Source of the DNA: Candidatus Poribacteria bacterium
Lineage (GTDB): Bacteria; Poribacteria; WGA-4E; WGA-3G
Assembly: GCA_965197475.1 (NCBI GenBank)
Contig: CBDANF010000003.1
Coordinates: forward strand, 96,001-160,000
Direction: 5' to 3'
Length of the DNA stretch: 64,000 nucleotides
Shown: one piece after another, positions 59,010-64,000 of the stretch
Layout of the letters: every line of letters starts with the position of its first letter
How positions within the stretch are numbered: position 1 is the stretch's first letter
The notes under the pieces: generated by a model
Told to the model about the DNA's origin: nothing
Database searches by the model: none
What the model saw: the letters and a program-made list of their open reading frames with translations, nothing else
Made by a program: the position numbers and the translations under genes

Positions 59010-60380
59010 TTACATACCAGCATCCTCTCCTAACTCATCCTCATGCATAATTTCTTGTAGTCCAGTTGCTATACGGAAGGCGACAAGACAGATACCAAAA
59101 CATACAGCAAACAACCACCGATAACCGATACGTGGCACGAGGAGTCCCCCTATCACCGGTGCGAAGCTGGCGGGTAGCAGCAAGGTGTTCATGAAGCCGA
59201 TATAACTCGGACGACTGCGCGGCGGCGCGATGTTTAGCATATATGCCATGAATCCAACCATCATGCCATTTGCCAAGATACCTCCAATTGTGAAGATTAA
59301 CAAATAAGCAGGCACGTGTAAAGAGGATGGTAACATTCCAGAAGAGAACGCTATTATAGGTGGGAACGCCATGAGTCCTGCTGTGATAATTAACAGCCAC
59401 CGCACCCCATATTTTTCACCGATGTAGCCCCAAAATGCGTTTGAAACGACACCGCTCAGTGCGGAACATACGATGAAAAAACCGATAGTCGCCTCAGAAA
59501 CGCCTAATTCATACAAGGCATACGTTGTATAGAAAGGGGTTGCCATACCGGAAAAATGCAAACCGATGCGGAAGAAAATAAACCGACGATAATTTGTGTC
59601 TGTCCGTAAGAAATGTGGTCCCTGCTTTAGGTGTTGCCACATAGGTTGGCGTTGAGAGTTGACGGGATGAATAGGTTCGCGCACAGCTAAGAAACTAATA
59701 AACGAGAGAAAAGCGGTACTCACCGAACAGATAAAGAGAAAGGCGTAATTAGATGGGAATCCGAGTTCAGTCTCTATTTGACAGATGGAACTGATGAAAT
59801 ACAGGGTGAACGTTTTGAAGATCTGCGTAACCCAACCGAGAATACCGGTAAATTCTTCTTCATTTCCGAGCATAGCACGCACCAAAAACCCGACCCAAAT
59901 TCCAAAAAAGCCGCCAAACAGTTGGCGTAGACTAAAAAAGCGCGCACGCCGATTCGGTGCTATAGATTTAGAGATAATGTCCATGTAAGGCAGCGTTGAA
60001 ACACCCATAGCGGAGGAGGATAAAAAATAGAATCCTAAGAAACAAGCAGCGAGTAAAATTGGGTTTTGCGCGCCGATTTTGATGGTGCAAAAGAATATAG
60101 CGAGCCATGCCAACACGCGGATGCTCATACCGATTGCGTAATACGGCATTTTGCGCTGACGATGTTCCAATAGATTTGACACCAACAGTTGCGGCCACAT
60201 CCAACCGGCTGTCATCATTGAACCGGTCAAACCCACCATGAGTTCGGATCCGGTTAGTTTATGGATAAAAGCAGAAAGCACCGTCGATGAATCTACAAAG
60301 GTAAGGTTAATTCGCATGAAGGTGCCTTGAAGCAGTGCAAATCCGAAGTTTCGTCGTTGATCGTCTCTTTTTTTGGACAT
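59010..60380 (-). CDS. MFS transporter
   Basis: About 12 TM segments, WGYIGEKYG and RPSYIG motifs. Confidence 0.85.
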   Translation of the reverse strand: MSKKRDDQRRNFGFALLQGTFMRINLTFVDSSTVLSAFIHKLTGSELMVGLTGSMMTAGWMWPQLLVSNLLEHRQRKMPYYAIGMSIRVLAWLAIFFCTIKIGAQNPILLAACFLGFYFLSSSAMGVSTLPYMDIISKSIAPNRRARFFSLRQLFGGFFGIWVGFLVRAMLGNEEEFTGILGWVTQIFKTFTLYFISSICQIETELGFPSNYAFLFICSVSTAFLSFISFLAVREPIHPVNSQRQPMWQHLKQGPHFLRTDTNYRRFIFFRIGLHFSGMATPFYTTYALYELGVSEATIGFFIVCSALSGVVSNAFWGYIGEKYGVRWLLIITAGLMAFPPIIAFSSGMLPSSLHVPAYLLIFTIGGILANGMMVGFMAYMLNIAPPRSRPSYIGFMNTLLLPASFAPVIGGLLVPRIGYRWLFAVCFGICLVAFRIATGLQEIMHEDELGEDAGM

Positions 60381-60700
60381 TCTATTTTGCGTCTTCACTC
60401 TTACGAGGATATGATTTAAGGTAATGATATTGAATTTACACTTTCAAGGTATTCCTAAATCTGCACATTGTTTTTTGACAGAATTGCAGCAATTAGGTTG
60501 AGTTAAAAACGGGATTCGCCATACAGAGTTGCATCATGCTTGGTTGAAACGTTTTTACATTGCAGTGGCGTGATGAATAGTATTGTGTTTCAAAATCTTA
60601 TATTTGATTCTCAATTTTCTTTACAGAGATATACATTTGTGGTAAATTTAGTGCAAACTTAATTATCAAAATGTGCATTGAAACGCATAAAGGAAAAAAT

Positions 60701-61651
60701 ATGGAACCTCTTCGAATTGGATTTCTTGGTGCTGGTGGCTTCGCAAGGCACACGATCTATCCCGCTTTGCATTTAGCACCGGTAGCACTGCAAGCGGTTT
60801 GCGATGCAGACGAAAATCGGGCAAAAGCCGCCGCTGGCAAATTTGGCACAGGAAGATACTACCTTGATAGACACGAAATGTTTGAGAAGGAGGATTTGGA
60901 AGCAGTAATAATCAGTATGGGACCGGATCCGAGGCAACCGCTCGTGCTTGAGACACTTGAGGCAGGATATCACGTTTTCACGCCGAAACCGCCTGCCCCG
61001 TCACTTGAAGAAACTATCACCTTGGCAGAAGCCTCTGAAAAGCATGGCAAGACACTGATGGTGAACTTCCAACGTCGTTTTAGCCGTGGTGTCCGAGAGG
61101 CGAGAGGAATCATGCAGACCGAATCCTTCGGTCAACTTACGCAGCTTTTCTGTTCGTTCTGTAGTGGGAAGTACGGATCGGTCAAACACTATCTACTTGA
61201 TTTTGCTATCCATCACTTCGATTTAGCACGGCACATTGCTGGTGCTGATGTCAAGGAACTTAGCGTTTTTCATAATGAGGTTGGCGGGCAAGGATCATTC
61301 GCTGTTGCTGTGGAATACACCAACGGGGCAGTGGGAAGTTTGCAGTTAAGTAGCCAACGTTTGTGGGGGCGCAACTACGACTATATTGAAATTACAGGAC
61401 AACATGAGTACATCGTTTTAGATGGATTGTGGGGTGTTAACCACTATACAGGCGGTGGAAACACTTTTACATCCAATTTTTCTGATGAACGTAATGGCGA
61501 GTTGACCGGTGACGGCATCAGTCTTACAGAGTTTGCGAATGCTATTCGTGAGGATCGTGAACCGATAGCAAGTATCCATGACTGTGTCGGAACGATGCGG
61601 CTCTATGATGCCGTGCTGCAACGCAAGAAGGGTGTCATCTCTCTTGCTTAG
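60701..61651 (+). CDS. Gfo/Idh/MocA family oxidoreductase
   Basis: IGFLGAG, AGYHVFTPKP, NFQRRF and IHHFD motifs. Confidence 0.88.
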   Translation: MEPLRIGFLGAGGFARHTIYPALHLAPVALQAVCDADENRAKAAAGKFGTGRYYLDRHEMFEKEDLEAVIISMGPDPRQPLVLETLEAGYHVFTPKPPAPSLEETITLAEASEKHGKTLMVNFQRRFSRGVREARGIMQTESFGQLTQLFCSFCSGKYGSVKHYLLDFAIHHFDLARHIAGADVKELSVFHNEVGGQGSFAVAVEYTNGAVGSLQLSSQRLWGRNYDYIEITGQHEYIVLDGLWGVNHYTGGGNTFTSNFSDERNGELTGDGISLTEFANAIREDREPIASIHDCVGTMRLYDAVLQRKKGVISLA

Positions 61652-61688
61652 ACATTCCGATGAAATATAAAATATGTGTCACCAACTG

Positions 61689-61718
61689 GTAGGCGCGCTT
61701 TGTAAGCGCGCCTTTTCT
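61689..61718. terminator. GTAG-REP hairpin between convergent genes, probable terminator
   Basis: GTAGGCGCGC-TTTGTAA-GCGCGCC followed by TTTTCTT. Confidence 0.6.
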
Positions 61719-63176
61719 TTATGTGGTCTTCAAATTGATACTTTCTAATACCTCAAGACACGTTTTTCCATTGACGAACTGATGATAATATTGCGCGACC
61801 CGCCTGCTAAAGTCTTGATTCTGACTTAACGCATTGTCTGGCGTTGCGTTCTGGGGTGCCCATAGGGTTGCATTTGAGAAAATAATTTCAATTCGGTTTT
61901 CCACGTCTGTTAAGTTCGCACCAAATGCGCCTTTTAAAACATTCTGTATTGTTCGGTCAGGATCACGGATTTCGTATGCTGTGCCTGTATCGGTGGTGCC
62001 TCGGTAGTCGTCACCTGATATTGTGTGCGGTGTCAAAAATCGTAGGACTGTAGCGAAGGAATAAGCAAAATCGGATTTGAAAAGTTCTGTGCTATCCTGA
62101 TAGTTCGATGATCGGACAATGTCCGCTGCGCGTTCACGCAGTTTCACTGTTTCAATGATATTAATCCGTGCATTGTCGTCCTTGACTCGGCGGATTCTGT
62201 TGATGAATTCAAGTGTATATGCACGCGCACTCTTGCCTGTTATCGGAATATCTGCCTCAACAATTTCAGCGTATCCGTGCATCAACCTTTCCAGATGCGG
62301 TGCAAATGTTGGATGCGCTGCTGCCTCGTTTACATATTCAATCCCAGAGAGCATGCCTTTGTGCGTGATCCCCGGCACATGCACAGAATTCACGAGAAGC
62401 AATTTCCAATCATGATACGGTTCAATGCTCTCCTGCTTGACAATAACGCCGTGGTCGTCAAGTTCACCGAAGGGGACGCGTAGCCTGTTCTCTATGTCTT
62501 CCAGAATGAGCGGCGTTGCGGGCATCTGTTCCGCGTAGGTAATCAATTCATCTGAACCTTCAATCTGTGCCTGCACAGCTTCCTTAATCTCATCGGGAAC
62601 AGCGTAGACTTGTGGTACAAGCCGGTCCCCCATTTCGTTGAGAAAACCAACTTTTGTTTTCAACCATTTCACATAATCATCGTTGCGTTTGGGATATTCA
62701 TTGCATAGAATATCTCGGATAACATCACCGTTATTCCGCAGATTATCGGTATTGATAACGCTGAGGGTGGCATCTGCTCCGTGATTGCAAAAATAGCGAT
62801 AGAGGGTTTCATCTAACACATCCATCGCCAGTTCACCTTTGGCAATTCCTGCTTCGGTTACACCAATCAGAAGAAGGTCTAACAGATTTTCGGTTTGTGC
62901 GTAAAATTGCTCGCGCCCCGCTTCAGTCGCAAGTGTAGTTGCACCTACAACACTCGAAATCTGCTGAATATCATGGATGCTATCAAGGTCAAACGTGACA
63001 ACATGATATACGCCTCCTTGTTGGTTAAAGGCATCCGCTTTTTCGGTGCCTCGCGGTTGTCCTACAAAGATTCCCCCGTTATAAAGATTTCTTTGATTGA
63101 GGATATGAATGAATTGATGGGTTAAGGCGCGTTGTAAGCCTCCTGCACCGATAGCAAGAATTTTTATTGGAAGCAT
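61719..63176 (-). CDS. Mannitol dehydrogenase family (altronate/tagaturonate oxidoreductase-like)
   Basis: IGAGGLQRA, TEAGI, N..NNGD, N.MGDRLVP and KLLLVN..H motifs. Confidence 0.72.
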   Translation of the reverse strand: MLPIKILAIGAGGLQRALTHQFIHILNQRNLYNGGIFVGQPRGTEKADAFNQQGGVYHVVTFDLDSIHDIQQISSVVGATTLATEAGREQFYAQTENLLDLLLIGVTEAGIAKGELAMDVLDETLYRYFCNHGADATLSVINTDNLRNNGDVIRDILCNEYPKRNDDYVKWLKTKVGFLNEMGDRLVPQVYAVPDEIKEAVQAQIEGSDELITYAEQMPATPLILEDIENRLRVPFGELDDHGVIVKQESIEPYHDWKLLLVNSVHVPGITHKGMLSGIEYVNEAAAHPTFAPHLERLMHGYAEIVEADIPITGKSARAYTLEFINRIRRVKDDNARINIIETVKLRERAADIVRSSNYQDSTELFKSDFAYSFATVLRFLTPHTISGDDYRGTTDTGTAYEIRDPDRTIQNVLKGAFGANLTDVENRIEIIFSNATLWAPQNATPDNALSQNQDFSRRVAQYYHQFVNGKTCLEVLESINLKTT

Positions 63177-63200
63177 GTGTCTGTTGTTTCTCCTTTTTTT

Positions 63201-63262
63201 ATCGCGACGAGGAGGTCACTCCTACAGAAAGCAAAAAATCGCGACGAGGAGGTCACTCCTAC
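63201..63262 (-). repeat. Direct pair of identical 25-bp GTAG-REPs
   Basis: ATCGCGACGAGGAGGTCACTCCTAC at 63201-63225 and 63238-63262. Confidence 0.8.
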
Positions 63263-64000
63263 GATAGTATATCATCATAAAGTGCAAGATAAGCGTCAGC
63301 GATGTTTTTCCAATCGTAGCGTTTAACCTCTTCTGTACTCGGATTGACCTTTTCTGTACTCGCATTACCCATCTTAAGGCGCGCTTCGCCTGCGTTAATT
63401 AGTTTTACGAGGCAGTCCGCGAGTCCGTCAACATCGCCAGGCTCAAACAATGCTCCGTTAACATCTTGCGCCACAAGTTCATCAACACCTTGAACACGAC
63501 TCGCGATAATCGGCAATCCTGTCCCCATCGCTTCCAAAACGACAAGCGGCATACCTTCTGCCAATGATGGTAAAATGAAGATGTCAGCCTCACGGTACTT
63601 TTGCGGTAAGTCTGGATACCGCACCGTGCCAGCAAAACGGACATAAGAAGTTACACCGAGATTTTCTGCCAATCCTATCAGTTCTTCCTCATAAGGTCCA
63701 TCGCCGACAATCTCAATTTCAAAGTTATGCAAGACTTTGTCAAGGATTTGTGGAAGTGCGCGAATGAGAAATTGGAACCCTTTACGTGGAATGAGTCTGC
63801 CAATCGCAAGACATCGGACTATTTTCGGATAAGCCTCGCGCTGCGTCGGTTGAAAACGATCTGGATCTAATCCATCAGGAATAATATCTATCTCTACGTC
63901 AGCATCCGTTACGCGAGCAAGATCGCGTAAACCGTCGCTGCATGCCACAACCGCACCAGCGTTGTCCCAAATTGCTCGAATAATCGGCTTTAGCAGCAGG
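63259..64000 (-). CDS. Glycosyltransferase family 4 (5' part beyond window)
   Basis: GRL.PRKG and PS.AEGMPLVVLEAMG.GLP motifs. Confidence 0.92.
   Translation of the reverse strand, partial: LLLKPIIRAIWDNAGAVVACSDGLRDLARVTDADVEIDIIPDGLDPDRFQPTQREAYPKIVRCLAIGRLIPRKGFQFLIRALPQILDKVLHNFEIEIVGDGPYEEELIGLAENLGVTSYVRFAGTVRYPDLPQKYREADIFILPSLAEGMPLVVLEAMGTGLPIIASRVQGVDELVAQDVNGALFEPGDVDGLADCLVKLINAGEARLKMGNASTEKVNPSTEEVKRYDWKNIADAYLALYDDILS

Noticed and set aside
63201-63262. 25-bp direct repeat as a mini-CRISPR
   Set aside because: Only two copies with a 12-bp gap, and a GTAG-REP structure.

Overview
A 64-kb bacterial chromosomal window. The gene content (TolB/PD40 propellers ending in a V-x-P...WG-x-LK tail, TM-anchored DUF4159 proteins, a PhyH dioxygenase, a sulfatase-like enzyme, TPR proteins) suggests Candidatus Poribacteria or a relative; this is inference only. 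It contains housekeeping and envelope genes (ugd, GT9, GT4, pheA, queG, tRNA-Leu(CAG)), a MoxR/DUF58/SpoIIM/RDD cluster split by a restriction-modification island, three IS630-family elements and many nested MITE and GTAG-REP repeats. Main findings: (1) an 81-codon DUF5069-like gene missed by the ORF track (36841-37086), with an in-frame TGA at the conserved Cys position and a SECIS-like hairpin, i.e. a candidate selenoprotein ending a lipoprotein/Omp85/UPF0182 operon. (2) A DdeI-like Type II R-M cassette that has replaced the core of a large Type ISP/IIG-like enzyme, the whole locus bracketed by inverted REP composites. (3) IS630-derived MITE shells carrying interchangeable REP hairpin cores. 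(4) TonB-like S-x3-H anchors fused to DUF4159 or vWA domains, one behind a textbook sigma-54 promoter with paired enhancer sites. Family assignments come from motifs read by eye and recalled family knowledge; no database searches were run.
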